NCBI GenBank assembly: GCA_963777975.1 | Contig: CAVZSO010000009.1 | Location: 1,481 to 65,480, forward strand | Length of the DNA stretch: 64,000 nucleotides | DNA from: an uncultured Chloroflexia bacterium | GTDB taxonomy: Bacteria; Chloroflexota; Limnocylindria; Limnocylindrales; CSP1-4 | Direction: 5' to 3' | Part shown: piece by piece, positions 12,529 to 23,731 of the stretch | Layout: every line of letters starts with the position of its first letter | Numbering within the stretch: position 1 is the first letter of the stretch | Program-made: the position numbers and the translations under genes | The notes under the pieces: generated by a model | Told to the model about the DNA's origin: nothing | The model's database searches: none | The model's input: only the letters and a program-made list of their open reading frames with translations

Positions 12529-13169
12529 TCACAGCCCCAGTTCCCGTACTCCGAGCTCGTCCGCGCCGAGATGGTGGGCCAGCTCGTGGCGGACGGTGCG
12601 CGTCACCTGGGCGCGCAGCTCGTCCGGGTCGTGCCCGAAGTCGCGCAGCAGCGTGTCGCGGAAGATGACGATCCGGTCCGTGGTAGTTGTCGCGCGCGAC
12701 GGTGTCGCCCATGTAGAGCCCGTAGGCGCGGTGGCGCCGGCCCTTGTCGGAGATCACCACCGGCGACGTGGTCGAGCGCCGCGCAGCAGCAGGTCGGGCA
12801 GGTCGTCGAGCGCCTCGCGGACGAGCTCCTCGAAGTCCTCCGGGTTGCGCGGGTCGAGCTCCATGAACTCGTCCTCGTCGGGCTCGGCGGCGAGGTTCTC
12901 GCGCGCGAGCCGCTCCGAGCGGCGCACGAGCAGCTCGAACTCCTCCTCGTCCTCAGGGTCGGTGTAGTCCGCCAGCCGGTTGGTGACGAAGTTCATGACG
13001 ACCCCGATCACGACGATCGCCGCGAGCGTCGTCGCGATCATCTGCATCACCTTGACCGGGTAGCTCGGCGACAGCCCGCCGGCCAGGGTCACGACCAGGA
13101 TCGCCGACCGACAGCGCGACCACGGCCGCGATGGCGATCCGGCGCGCCAGTCGGCCAGTCGGAGAGCAT
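12529..13169 (-). pseudogene. Membrane-anchored metallopeptidase-family protein (DUF1025/zincin-like, HExxH); frame changes, start uncertain
   Basis: Hydrophobic MQMIATTLAAIVVIGVVMNFV, an acidic tract, then FEELVREALDDLPDLLL and (other frames) AYGLYMGDTVARDNYHGPDR...RTVRHELAHHLGADELGVRELGL followed by a stop at 12529-12531. Confidence 0.55.
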
Positions 13170-13178
13170 GCCCAGACG

Positions 13179-14349
13179 CTAGCGGAGAGATGCGCGCGAT
13201 CACGAGCCGCTGGATCTCGTTCGGTGCCCTCGTAGATCTGCGTGATCTTGGCGTCGCGCATGTAGCGCTCGACCGGGTACTCGGTCACGTAGCCGTAGCC
13301 GCCGAGCACCTGCACCGCCTCGACGGTGACGCGCCATCGCGGTGTCGGAGGCGAACAGCTTGGCCATCGCCGAGTACTTGCCGGGGTCGGGCTCGTGCGC
13401 GGTCGATCTTCGCGCACGCCCGGTAGAGCAGCTCGCGCGCGGCGGCGGTGCGCGTCTCCATGTCGGCGAGCTTGAACTGGATCGCCCTGGAACTCGGCGA
13501 TCGCCCGCCCGAACTGGCGGCGCTCGCGCGCGTAGGCGGCGGCGTGGTCGGTCGCGCCCTGCGCGATGCCGACCGCCTGGGCGGCGACGCCGAGGCGCGA
13601 GTGGTCGAGCGTGCCGAGCGCGACGTGCATGCCCTTGCCGACCTCGCCGATCAGGTTCCCGCCCGGGACGCGGACGTCGTCGAAGATCGGCTGGCCGGTC
13701 GGCGAGCCCTTGATGCCGAGCTTGTGCTCGAGCTTGCCGACGCTGAAGCCGGGGCGGTCGGCCTCGACCACGAACGCGCTGATGCCGCGCGAGCGCCCCG
13801 CCTTCGGGTCGGTCTTGGCGAACACGACGTAGAAGTCGGCGACGCCGAGGTTGGTGATCCAGTTCTTCGTGCCGGTGACGACCCAGTCGTCGCCGTCGCG
13901 CACGGCGCGCGTGATCATCCCGCCCGGGTCCGAGCCGGCCTCGGGCTCGGACAGCGCGAACGCGGGCGACCACTCGCCGCTGGCGCAGCGCGGCAGGAAG
14001 CGCTGCTTGAGCTCGTCGGAGCCGAACAGCTTGATCGGCAGCGTCCCGAGCTCCTGGATCATCAGGATCAGCGCGCTCGACGCGCACGCGCGCGCGATCT
14101 CCTCGATCGCGACGTTGAGCATCAGCGTGCCGGTGCCGGTGCCGCCGTGCTCCTCGTCGAACGGCAGGCCGAAGCAGGTCGTGCTCGGCGAACAGCCGGC
14201 GGAGGTCCCACGGGTACTCGGCCTTGGCGTCGATCTCGGCGGCGCGCGGCGCGACGCGCTCGGCGACGATCTGGCGGATCGTGTCGCGGAACTCGAGCTG
14301 CTCGTCGGTGAGGGCGTAGGTGTCGGAAGGCGGCGGTCGTCGTGGCCAT
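13179..14349 (-). pseudogene. Acyl-CoA dehydrogenase; frame changes, 3' end uncertain
   Basis: MATTTAAF... start, then ORF 12953-14122: IARACASSALILMIQELG, EWSPAFALSEPEAGSDPGGM, WVVTGTKNWITN, GISAFVVE, HKLGIKGSPTG, LDHSRLGVAAQAVGIAQGA, RRQFG..IAEFQ, and QIYEGT.EIQRLVIAR. Confidence 0.85.
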
Positions 14350-14404
14350 GCGCCTGAGCCTAGACGGGGGTTTGCTCGATGACCTCCATGGAGATGCCGG
14401 GGCT

Positions 14405-14618
14405 ATGGGCATCGGCACATCACTCTTCCTCGATCGCCGTCGGCGCGATCCTCTACTTCGCCGTCGACGCCAGCATCTCCGGACTGGAGATCGCGACGAT
14501 CGGAATCATCCTCATGGTCGTCGGCGTGATCGGCCTGCTGATCTCGCTGTTCATGGTCTCCTCCGCGCGCCGCGCACCCGCAGAGCGCACGGTCGTGCGC
14601 GACCGCGAGCCTTACTAA
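14405..14618 (+). pseudogene. Small two-TM membrane protein (DUF6458-like); frame change near 14425
   Basis: MGIGTSLFL (ATG at 14405) in one frame. It continues in ORF 14379-14618 as IAVGAILYFAVDASISGLEIATIGIILMVVGVIGLLISLFMV. Confidence 0.5.
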
Positions 14619-14721
14619 TAGGCGGCTCATGAGAGACGGCCTGCCCGATCGGGCAGGCCGCTTGACCTGCCCTCCGCGGGTGGGGGAGGCTTGCCTGGAG
14701 CCATCCCCCAGGAGGTCCCAG

Positions 14722-16095
14722 ATGACCAGCCTCGCCCCTGCCGAGCTCGAGACCGCGATGCGCGGCACGATCACCGCGCCAGGCGATCCGGACTACGACG
14801 ATCGCCGCAAGCTCTACAACGCGATGATCGACCGCCGGCCGGCGCTGATCGCGCACTGCACCGACGCCGCCGACGTGATGGCCGCCGTCGGGCACGCCCG
14901 CAGCGAGGGCCTGCCGCTGGCGATCCGCGGCGGCGGCCACAACGGCGCGGGCCTGGGCAGCGTCGACGACGGCCTCGTGATCGACCTCTCGGGGATGCGC
15001 GGGGTGATCGTCGACCCGGCGTCGAAGGTCGCGCGCGTGCTGGGCGGCTCCCTGCTGGGCGACGTCGACCACGCGTGCCACCCGTTCGGGCTCGCGCTGC
15101 CGAGCGGGATCATCTCCACGACCGGGGTCGGGGGCATCACGCTCGGCGGCGGCCTCGGGCACCTGACCCGCGGCGGCGGCCTGACGATCGACAACCTGAT
15201 CGCGGCCGACGTGGTGCTCGCCGACGGGCGGCTCGTGCGCACCAGCGCCACGGAGCACCCGGACCTGTTCTGGGCGCTGCGCGGCGGCGGCGGCAACTTC
15301 GGCGTCGTCGTGTCCTTCTCGTTCTCCCTGCGCGAGGTCGGCGAGGTGCTCGCCGGGCCGACGCTGTGGCCGGTCGAGGCCGCGCCCGCGATCCTGCGGG
15401 CCTTCGACCGCTTCATCGCGACCGCGCCCGACATCGTCGGCGGCTTCTTCCTCTTCCTCGAGGTGCCGCCGGCCCCGCCGTTCCCGGAGGAGCTGCACGG
15501 ACGCAAGATGTGCGCGATCGCCTGGTGCGTCACCGACCCCGACGCCACCGACGTCTTCGACGACATGCTGGCCGTCGCCAAGCCGGAGCTGCACGGCGTG
15601 ATGCGGATGCCGTTCCCGATGTGGAACTCGGCCTTCGACGGCCTCTACCCGCCCGGGCACCAGTGGTACTGGCGGGCGGACTTCTTCGGCGAGCTGTCGG
15701 ACGCCGCGATCGCGGCCCACATGGAGCACGGCCCGAACCTGCCCACGATGCAGTCGAGCATGCACCTGTATCCGATCAACGGCGCCGCGTCGCGGGTGGG
15801 AGCGGACGACACCGCGTGGGCCTACCGCGACGCCAAGTACGGGATGGTGGTCGTCGGCGTCGACCCGGACCCGGCCAACGCCGGCCTGATCCGCGACTGG
15901 ACCGTCGGCTACCACGAGGCGCTGCACCCGCACTCGATGGGCGGCGCCTACGTGAACATGATGATGGACGAGGGCCAGGAGCGGGTGCGCGCGAGCTACC
16001 GCGGGCACTACGACCGGCTCGCCGCGATCAAGGCCGAGTACGACCCGGGGAACCTCTTCCGGGTCAACCAGAACATCCAGCCCGCCGCGCGCTGA
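14722..16095 (+). CDS. FAD-binding oxidoreductase (FAD_binding_4 plus berberine-bridge-like C-terminus)
   Basis: Intact ORF. AGGAGG lies 6 nt upstream of ATG 14722. Motifs: PALIAHCTDAADVMAAVGHARSEGLPLAIRGGGHNGAG, GVGGITLGGGLGHLTR, and NLFRVNQNI at the C-terminus. Confidence 0.88.
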   Translation: MTSLAPAELETAMRGTITAPGDPDYDDRRKLYNAMIDRRPALIAHCTDAADVMAAVGHARSEGLPLAIRGGGHNGAGLGSVDDGLVIDLSGMRGVIVDPASKVARVLGGSLLGDVDHACHPFGLALPSGIISTTGVGGITLGGGLGHLTRGGGLTIDNLIAADVVLADGRLVRTSATEHPDLFWALRGGGGNFGVVVSFSFSLREVGEVLAGPTLWPVEAAPAILRAFDRFIATAPDIVGGFFLFLEVPPAPPFPEELHGRKMCAIAWCVTDPDATDVFDDMLAVAKPELHGVMRMPFPMWNSAFDGLYPPGHQWYWRADFFGELSDAAIAAHMEHGPNLPTMQSSMHLYPINGAASRVGADDTAWAYRDAKYGMVVVGVDPDPANAGLIRDWTVGYHEALHPHSMGGAYVNMMMDEGQERVRASYRGHYDRLAAIKAEYDPGNLFRVNQNIQPAAR

Positions 16096-16129
16096 GCGCG
16101 GCGAGCCCGCGGGCGCGGACGGCCTCGCC

Positions 16130-16914
16130 TAGAGGCCGTCCGGGTGCCGCACGGTGTAGCCGTCCGTCGGGCGCATCTTCGCCGCACCAGCGCGGGCCGT
16201 CGGAGGCGCGTCGTTGCAGCCCGTGTCGAAGCGCAGGCCGGCCACGACCATGGACGCCGTGGCCGCCGCTGCCGTAGGTCGTGATCCACTGCCCCTTGCC
16301 GGGCTTGCCGAAGCACGAGAAGTCGCCGGACGTCAGCGCCCGGTCGACCAGCCCGGCGCCGTGCAGCGCGTACGACATCGAGCCCGAGCAGTCGTAGCCG
16401 GAGTCCTCCCAGCGGCCGTGGCCGCCGCCGTACTTGTACGGCTTGCCGACGATCCTGTTGCCGGCCGCGATCGACGTCCTTGACCTCCTCGGGGCCGACT
16501 CGGGCGCGGTCGCGGTGCCGTCGGCGTCGAGCACGGCCTTCTCGCCCGCGGCGGGCGCGACGGGCGCCGGCTGGGCTGCGGGCTGGCGAACAGCGTGATC
16601 GCCGGCGTTGACCTGCTGCGCAGCTTGCGGCCGTCCGAGCGCGACACCCGGCCGTTGACGCGGCGCTTGCGAGCGGCGCTCCCACGACTTCACGCGGCGG
16701 GCGGTGAGCGGACCGTACTGGCCGTCGACCGAGGTTCGGAGACCGACCCGCGTGAGGTAGTCCTGGAGCACGCGGACGTCCCGGCCGGCCATCCCCTGGC
16801 GGAGGTTCCGATCGCCCAGGGTCAGCCGGGCGGCTTCCGCCGGGCGCGGAATAGATGGGCACGAGGGCCCCGGCCATGGCCAGAGCCGTCGACGAGCGTA
16901 CGACTGCGTGGCAC
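16130..16914 (-). pseudogene. Secreted NlpC/P60-type cell-wall hydrolase with a PG_binding_1 domain; frame changes
   Basis: Signal-like ...STALAMAGALVPIYSAP. PG-binding GMAGRDVRVLQDYLTRVGLRTSVDGQYGPLTARRV. Catalytic IVGKPYKYGGGHGRWEDSGYDCSGSMSYALHGAGL. The end ...GYTVRHPDGL is followed by TAG at 16130-16132. It is preceded by a riboswitch candidate. Confidence 0.65.
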
Positions 16915-16935
16915 GACGGACGATCCTTTCTTCTA

Positions 16936-17083
16936 CCGCCTACGGGGTTAGCTGTCGGGCTCGCGCGGAAAGAAGGTCGCGCTACGCGAATACGTGGCGA
17001 TTCGCCCCTGGCCGGGTCTCCCGGCCCACTGCTCGGTTCCCCCGTTCCCCTCCGGCCCCGCGGCCGGACGGGGATTCGGCGTT
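16936..17083 (-). promoter_or_regulatory. ydaO/kimA-type (cyclic-di-AMP) riboswitch candidate in the 5' leader of the NlpC/P60 gene
   Basis: The minus-strand RNA is AACGCCGAAUCCCCGUCCGGCCGCGGGGCCGGAGGGGAACGGGGGAACCGAGC...GGCCAGGGGCGAAUCGCC...GAGCCCGACAGCUAACCCCGUAGGCGG. It has two GAAUC boxes, G-rich GGGGA segments, and a 3' CCCGA..AGCUAACC.CGUAGGCG block, as remembered from the ydaO consensus. An RBS GAAAGGA and GTG 16914 follow. Confidence 0.65.
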
Positions 17084-18367
17084 ATGTCCCCTACGAAGCG
17101 CGCCACTCTAGCGGACGCCCTGGTCGCTAGCGTCCGGGCCGTGACGGATCTCGACGAAGCCGATCGCGCCCGGCTCGACGCCGCCACCGCGCACCTCGAG
17201 CCGCCGTTCGCGGTCGTCGACCTCGACGCCTTCGACGCCAACGCCGCCGACCTGGTGCGGCCGGGCCGGCGGGCAAGCCGATCCGGCTGGCCTCGCAAGT
17301 CGGTGCGCTGCCGCGCGCTGGTCGACCGCGCGCTGGCGCGGCCGGGCTTCGCGGGATCATGGCCTTCACGCTGCCCGAGGCGCTGTGGCTGGCCGGCGCA
17401 CGGCTCTCGAGGACGTCGCTCGTCGCCTACCCGACCGCCGACCGCGCGGCGCTGCGCCGAGCTCGCGCGCCGACGACGGCGCGCGCGGCGCGATCACGCT
17501 GATGGTCGACTCGTCGCGCACCTCGACCTCGATCGACGCCGTCGGCCGCGCCGGACGCGGGCCGCTCCGTGCGCGTCTGCCTCGACCTCGACGCCGTCGC
17601 TGGCGGCCGCTCGGCGGCCGGGTGCGCGATCGGCGCCCGCGCTCGCCGCTGCGCACGCCCGCGCAGGCCGGCGCGCGCTGGCGCGCGAGGTCGGCGCCGC
17701 GGCCGGGCTTCGTGCTCGACGGGCTGATGGCCTACGAGGCGCAGATCGCCGGCGTCGGCGACCGCCGCCCGGGCAGCGCCGCTGCGCGGCGCGCGCGATC
17801 CGCGGCGATGCAGGCCGCGTCGGCGCGCGAGCTGGCCGGCCGCCGCGCCGCGGTCGTCGCCGCGGTGCGGCGGTCGCGCCGCTGCGAGTTCGTCAACGGC
17901 GGCGGCACCGGCTCGCTGGAGCGCACCGCCGCCGAGGACGCGGTCACCGAGGTCGCCGCCGGCTCGGGCCTCTACGCGCCCGACGCTGTTCGACGCCTAC
18001 CGCGCGTTCACGCCGCGGCCCGGCCGCGCTGTTCGCGCTGCCGGTGGTGCGCCGGCCCGCGCCCGGCGTGGCCACCGTGCTCGGCGGCGGCTACCTCGCG
18101 TCGGGCGCGGCGGGCCCCGACCGGCTGCCCGTCGCCCCACCTGCCCGCCGGGCCTGCGGCTCGACGCGCAGGAGGGCGCCGGCGAGGTGCAGACGCCGCT
18201 GCTCGGCGCGGCGGCCGCACGCGCTGCGCGTCGGCGACCGCGTGTGGTTCCGCCACGCGAAGGCGGGCGAGCTGTGCGAGCGCTTCGACGCGCTCCACCT
18301 CGTCGAGGGCGACGCGGTCGTGGCGACCGTGCCGACCTACCGCGGCGAGGGCAAGACGTTCCTGTAG
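17084..18367 (+). pseudogene. Amino acid deaminase/aldolase (alanine-racemase-N fold, D-Ser deaminase / D-Thr aldolase-like); many frame changes, true start may be downstream
   Basis: LEPPFAVVDLDAFDANAADLVR, PIRLASKSVRCRALVDRAL, GFVLDGLMAYEAQIAGVGD, FVNGGGTGSLERTAAEDAVTEVAAGSGLYAP, and RVGDRVWFRHAKAGELCERFDALHLVEGDAVVATVPTYRGEGKTFL followed by a stop. Confidence 0.6.
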
Positions 18368-19645
18368 CCGTCGGGCCCAGGACGCGGCGCGCCCAGGCGT
18401 TCTCGAACCGGCCGTCGGGATCGAGCTCCGCGCGCGCGGCCGCGAACGCTCCCACTCCGGGTAGCGCGGTCCGCAGCTCGCGCGCGGCCAGGAACGAGCG
18501 CTTGCCCCAGTGCGGGCGCCCGCCGAGCTCGCCATCAGCGCCTCGACCTCGCGGAAGGACGGCTCGCACGCCATCCCCGCGAACACGTGCACCGCGACGT
18601 ACGCGGTGTCGCGCCCGTTCGCGGGCGAGAGCAGCGCGTCGTCGGCGGCGACGAAGCGCAGCTCGACCGGGAAGACGACCGGATGGCGCTCGAGGATCTC
18701 GCGCGCACCGCGCACGGCGTCGGCAGCAGGCTCGCGCGGGCACCGCGTACTCCATCTCGGTGAAGCGCACGAGCCGCGGGCTGGCGAAGATCCGGTGCGA
18801 CGCGTCGACGCGCTCGCGGCCGGAGGCGGCCGACGCGGCGAGCCGGTTGAGGCGCGGGATCGCGCGCGGGAAGCGCCGGCCGGCACGCGAGAGCAGCCGA
18901 ACGCGTCGTTGTCCAGCAGCACGTCCTCCAGCCAGGCCGTGCCGGCGCCGGGGCGCCGCGACGGCGCGTCGGTGCGGTGTTCGTGCGCGTGAGCGCGAGC
19001 GGCGAGTGCGGGAACGTGCAGAACTCGAAGTGCTCGTCGGCGCCGGCGCGCTCGTCGAGCCCGCGAGCACCTCCTCGAGCGGCAGCGGCTGGTCGACGCC
19101 CCGCAGCCGGAACGCCGGCACGCAGCGCAGCGTCACCGCGGTCACGACGCCGAGCGCGCCGAGCCCGACCCGCGCGGCACGCAGCAGGTCGCCGTCGTCG
19201 CCCGTCAGCGTGCGCCGCTCGCCCGTGCCGTCGACGAGCTCGACCGCCTCGACCTGGGCGCAGAGGTTCCGCAGCCGCGCGCCGGTCCCGTGCGTGCCGG
19301 TCGCGATCGCGCCCGCGATCGATCTGGGCGTCGATGTCGCCGAGGTTCGGCAGCGCGAGCCCGAGCTCCGTGGAGGCCCGCGCTCAGCGCGTGCAGCGTG
19401 ATCCCGGCCTCCGCCGCACGAGCCCGCTCGCCGGGTCGGCGTCGAGCACGCGGTCCATCCGGTCGAGCGAGAGCAGCGTCCCGTCGGTCGGGACGCGGGG
19501 GTGAACGAGTGCCCGGAGCCCGCGACGCGCACGGTCCGGCCCGCGGCCGCCGCGCGGCGCACCGCTCCGGCGACCTCGCCGGCCGACCTCGGGCGCTCGA
19601 GCGCGGCGGGCGCGCACGTCTGGTCCCGGACCAGTTGCTCCACAT
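18338..19645 (-). pseudogene. FAD-linked D-arabinono-1,4-lactone / L-gulonolactone oxidase-like oxidoreductase; frame changes, 3' end uncertain
   Basis: MWSNWSG.DQTCAPAALERPRSAGEVAGAVRRAAAAGRTVRVAGSGHSF, IAGAIATGTHGTG, VVTAVTLRCVPAF, FTEMEYAVP, FPVELRFVAADDALLSPANGRDTAYVAVH, GGRPHWGK, and LDPDGRFENAW. Confidence 0.75.
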
Positions 19646-19670
19646 GCGCCCGAGGCTAGTCTCCCCGCCC

Positions 19671-21255
19671 ATGACGTGGGAGCCCGAGCTCGAGGAGCTG
19701 CGCCGCCGTGAGGCGCTCGCCGCGACCCGGCGTCGCACCGGACGGCGAGAGCGCGTCGAGCGCCAGCACGCCGCGGGCAGGCTGACGGTCCGCGAGCGCG
19801 TCGAGCGGCTGCTTCGACGCCGGCACGTTCCACGAGGCCGGGGCGCTCGCCGGCGACGGCGGCTACGGCGAGGACGGCGAGCTCGACACGTTCATGCCGG
19901 CGAACGTCGTCGTCGGGCAGGGCGACTCGACGGCCGCCGCGCCGTCGTCCAGGCCGACGACTTCACGGTCCGCGGCGGCGCGGCCGACGCGGCGATCTGG
20001 GAGAAGATGGTCTAGGCCGAGCGCATGGCGCACGACCTCCGGCTTCCCGCTCGTGCGGCTGGTCGACGGCACGGGCGGCGGCGGGTCAGCGTCAAGTCGC
20101 TCGAGCAGATGGGCTTCACGTACGTGCCGTTCCTGCCCGGCTTGGAGGTCACGATCGACAACCTCGCCGGCGTGCCGGTGGTCGCGGCGGCGCTCGGGCC
20201 GGTGCGCGGGGCTCGGCGCGGCGCGCGTCGTCGCGTCGCACTTCTCGCGTGATCGTGCGCGGCAGCGGCGCAGCTCTTCGTCGCCGGCCCGCCGGTGGTC
20301 GCCGCGGCGATGGGCGAGTCGCCCGACAAGGAGGCGCTCGGCGGCGCGCGCGCGCAGACGCGCGCGGGCGCGGTCGACAACGAGGCCGCCGACGAGGACG
20401 ACGCGCTCGCGCAGCTGCGGCGCTTCCTCTCCTACCTGCCCGTCGAACGTCTGGGAGGCGCCGCCGATCGCCGCCGCCACCGACGCCGCGGACCGGCGCG
20501 AGGAGGAGCTGCCGTCGATCGTCCCGCGCGACCCGCGCAAGCCCTACAAGATGCGCCGCGATCCTCGAGCTCGGTGTTCGACGACGGCTCGGTGTTCGAG
20601 CTCGGCGCGCGCTTCGGCCGCTCGCTGATCACCGCGCTGGCGCGGCTCGACGGCCGCCCCGTCGGCGTGCTCGCCTCGGACCCGACGCACTACGGCGGCG
20701 GGCTGACCGGCGACGCGTCCGACAAGCTGGCGCGCTTCGTCGACATCTGCGACCAGTTCCGCCTGCCGGTCGTCAACCTCGTCGACCAGCCCGGCTTCGT
20801 GATCGGCACGCGAGGCCGAGCGCGCGGGCACGATGCGCCGCGGCGCGCGCGCGCTGTTCGCCGTCCACCAGGCGACGCGTGCCGTGGGCGTCGATGCTCG
20901 TGCGCAAGGTCTACGGCGTCGCGGGCGCCGCGCACGGCAGACGCGCTCGCGGCTGAACCTGCGCTACGCCTGGCCGTCGGGCGACTGGGGCTCGCTGCCG
21001 ATCGCGGGCGGGCTCGAGGCGGCCTACCGGCGCGAGCTCGAGGCCGCCGACGACCCGGTCGCGCTGCGCGCCGAGATCGAGGCGCGGCTGAACGCGGTGC
21101 GCTCGCCGTTCCGCACGGCCGAGCGCTTCGGGGTCGAGGAGATCATCGACCCGCGCGAGACGCGGCCGCTGCTGTGCGAGTGGGCGCGCCGCGCGCACGA
21201 GCTCGTCGCGCACGAGGCCGGCGGCGGGCCGAAGGCGCGAGGCCCGCGCCCCTGA
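19671..21255 (+). pseudogene. Acyl-CoA carboxylase carboxyltransferase (beta) subunit; many frame changes
   Basis: MTWEPELEELRRRE, LTVRERVERLL, DDFTVRGGAAD, PLVRLVDGTGGG, FVAGPPVV, AVDNEAADEDDALAQLRRFLSYLP, GRSLITALARLDGRPVGVLASDP, DKLARFVDICDQFRLPVVNLVDQPGF, YAWPSGDWGSLP, and VEEIIDPRETRPLL. Confidence 0.8.
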
Positions 21256-21259
21256 CGCA

Positions 21260-21282
21260 AGAAAGGGGTCAGACCCCTTTCT
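21260..21282 (+). terminator. Hairpin after the carboxyltransferase gene (possible terminator)
   Basis: AGAAAGGGG (21260-21268) pairs with CCCCTTTCT (21274-21282) across a 5-nt loop, 5 nt after the stop at 21253-21255. There is no clean U-tract beyond the stem. Confidence 0.4.
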
Positions 21283-21303
21283 GCGTCGGTACCGTGTCGG
21301 GCC

Positions 21304-21641
21304 ATGCCAGGGGAACGTCGACATCACGCCCGACGAGGCCGAGGCGCTCGTCCGCGACGGGGCGCAGCTGATCGACGTGCGCGAGGACTACGAGTGGGAG
21401 GCCGGCCGCATCGGCGGCGCCCGCCACATCGAGCTCGAGCGGGTCGCCTCGCAGGCGCCGACGATCGACCGCGACCGGCCCGTCGTCTTCTACTGCCGCG
21501 TCGGCGCGCGCTCCGCGATGGCCGCGAACGCCTTCCGCCGCGCGCGGCTACGACGCCTACTCGCTGGACGGCGGCCTCAAGGCGTGGGACGGGGAGGGCT
21601 GCCGCTCGAGCCGGACGGACGGGCACGTCGCCGACCACTGA
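21304..21641 (+). pseudogene. Rhodanese-like single-domain sulfurtransferase; frame changes
   Basis: MPG(N)VDITPDEAEALVRDGAQLIDVREDYEWEAGRIGGARHIELERV...RPVVFYCRVGARSAMAANAF...LDGGLKAW. The active-site pattern is CRxGxR. TGA lies at 21639-21641. Confidence 0.75.
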
Positions 21642-23197
21642 TGCGCGCGCTCGCCTGCTGCTGGCGCTCGCCGCCGGGCTCGCGCTCGCCGCCGCCGCCG
21701 GCGCGGCGCCCTCGCTGGTCGAAGATCGGCGACTTCGCCACCCCGACCTACGTCACCTCCCCGCCGCGGCGACCCGCGCCTGTTCGTCGTCGAGCAGGCC
21801 GGGCTCGTGAAGATCATATCGGCGGCGTGACGCGGACGTTCCTCGACGTCACCGCGATCACCGACTCCGGCGGCACGAGCAGGGGCTGCTCTCGATCGCG
21901 TTCCCGCCCGACTACGCCGCCACCGGCCGCTCGTACGTGGCTCCTGACGGCCGCCGACCGGCTCGCTGCAGGTCTCGAGCACACCTGGTCCGCCGATCCC
22001 GACCGGCCGACCCGGGCAGCCGCAGGCTCGTCATCTCGATCCCGCACACCGAGCGCGTCCAACCACAACGGCGGCCAGCTCCAGTTCGGACCGGACGGCA
22101 TGCTCTACGTCGGCACCGGCGACGGCGGCACCGAACGACACGCCGACCCAGGACGCGCAGAACACGGGCTCGCTGCTCGGCAAGATCCTGCGCATCGACC
22201 CGCGCGGCGCCGGCCAGGGCGTATACACGGTCCCCGCCGACAACCCGTTCGGCAACGCGGTCTGGGCCTACGGGCTGCGCAACCCGTGGCGGTTCTCGTT
22301 CGATCGCGCCGACCGGCGACCTCGTGATCGGCGACGTCGGCCAGAACCACCGGGAGGAGATCGACTGGGCGACCGCCGCGAGCGGGCGCGGGCGCGGGGT
22401 GAACTTCGGCTGGCCCTGCTGGGAGGGGACCGTGCGCACGACCGCTGACCCGAACCAGCCCGAGGGCTCGCCGCCGCTGTGCTCCGACGGCGAGCTGCCC
22501 GGCGGCGCCACGTTCCCCGTGATCGACTTCACCCACGCGGGTGCGGGCTTCTGCTCGATCATCGGCGGCTACGTCGTCCGCGATCCGGGACTGCCCACGC
22601 TGGCGGGCCGGTACCTCTACGCCGACTTCTGCAACGGCGCAGCTGCGCTCGCTCGCGCTCCCGGACGCCGCCGACCGACGCGCCGGCGGGCTGCCGGTCG
22701 ACAGCCCGACCTCGTTCGGCGAGGACGCCTGCGGCCGGCTCTACGTCGCGTCGCTCTCCGGCCCCGTCTACCGGATCGTCAGGACGGCGCGGCGAGCCCG
22801 TGCGTCCCGTCCGCGCCGGGCGGGGAACGGGGACGCCGGGCACGCCGGGCGGCAGCGCGGCCGACACGACGAAGCCGCGCCTCGGGTGCGTGTGGCGGGC
22901 GCGCGCACGCTGGTGCCGCGACGGCGGATGCGGGTCGCGGTGCGCCGAGCGAGCTCGCGACCGTGCGGATCGGCGGACGGCTGCGCGGGCTGGCCGGCTT
23001 CAAGGTCGCGCGGCGGCAGGTCGCTCGCCGGCCGCCGCGTCGGTGCTGACCGTGCGGATCACGCGGAAGACGGCGCGGAAGCTGCGGCGCACGCTGCGCC
23101 GCACAGCGCGTGATCGCGGGGCTGACGATCCTGGCGCGCGACGCCGCGGGCAATCAGCGCCGTGTCACGCGCCGGGTCGAGATCGCGCGGCGGCGCT
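21641..23197 (+). pseudogene. PQQ-dependent sugar (glucose/sorbosone) dehydrogenase-like beta-propeller with a signal peptide and C-terminal extension; frame changes
   Basis: MRALA..LALAAAAGAAPSL, FATPTYVTSPP, SNHNGGQLQFGPDGMLYVGTGDGG, GKILRIDP, VPADNPF, VWAYGLRNPWRFSFDR, DLVIGDVGQNHREEIDW, NFGWPCWEG, CSIIGGYVVRD, YLYADFCNG, and GEDACGRLYV. Confidence 0.75.
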
Positions 23198-23627
23198 AGC
23201 CGCGGTCGTGTCGTCGCCGTCGTCGGAGCGCTCGCCCTCGTCGGAGTCGTCGCCGGACTCCTCGTCTTCCTTCTCCTGGCCGATCATGGCCGGGTCGGGC
23301 GGGGCGTCCGGGTCGCTGGGGCCGCCTGGGATCGGCTCGCCCTTGTAGTCGTCGGGGTTGTCGACCTCTTCGCCGTCGACCGTGACCGAGCCGTCCTCGT
23401 GATGGCGCAGGTTCGACGGGCCGAGCTTGGCCGTCGCGCCGTCGTCGTAGCCGCCGTCGCCGGAGTCGGGGCCGCCGTAGGTCTGGTACTTGGCCTTGCC
23501 TCCAGGCCAGTCCTCGAGCTTCTCGGGCGGGTCGCCCTCCTCGAGGCTCCTCCATGACCTTCTTGGCCTCTTCGACCTCTTCCTCTTCGCTCTGTGCCTT
23601 GGTGGCTGCGTCGTCGTCGTCGGTCAT
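23196..23627 (-). pseudogene. Hypothetical acidic protein; frame changes
   Basis: MTDDDDAATKAQSEEEEVEEAKKVMEE. Other frames give EDWPGGKAKYQTYGGPDSGDGGYDDGATAKLGPSNLRHHEDGSVTVDGEEVDNPDDYKGEPIPGG and MIGQEKEDEESGDDSDEGERSDDGDD. No family recognised. Confidence 0.35.
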
Positions 23628-23651
23628 GACGAGCGCCTACCCGAGCGGCGC

Positions 23652-23690
23652 TTAAAGAGAAACGGCCGTGTGGTGCAGCCACACGGCCGT
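23652..23690 (-). terminator. Rho-independent terminator of the FAD oxidoreductase gene
   Basis: A perfect 12-bp stem, ACGGCCGTGTGG (23662-23673) with CCACACGGCCGT (23679-23690), and a 5-nt loop. On the minus strand it is followed by UUUCUCUUUAA and lies about 40 nt after the stop at 23732. Confidence 0.65.
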
Positions 23691-23731
23691 CCCTGAGCGA
23701 ATCCTTCCGCGCCTCCTCCGTGAGCGGGCCG

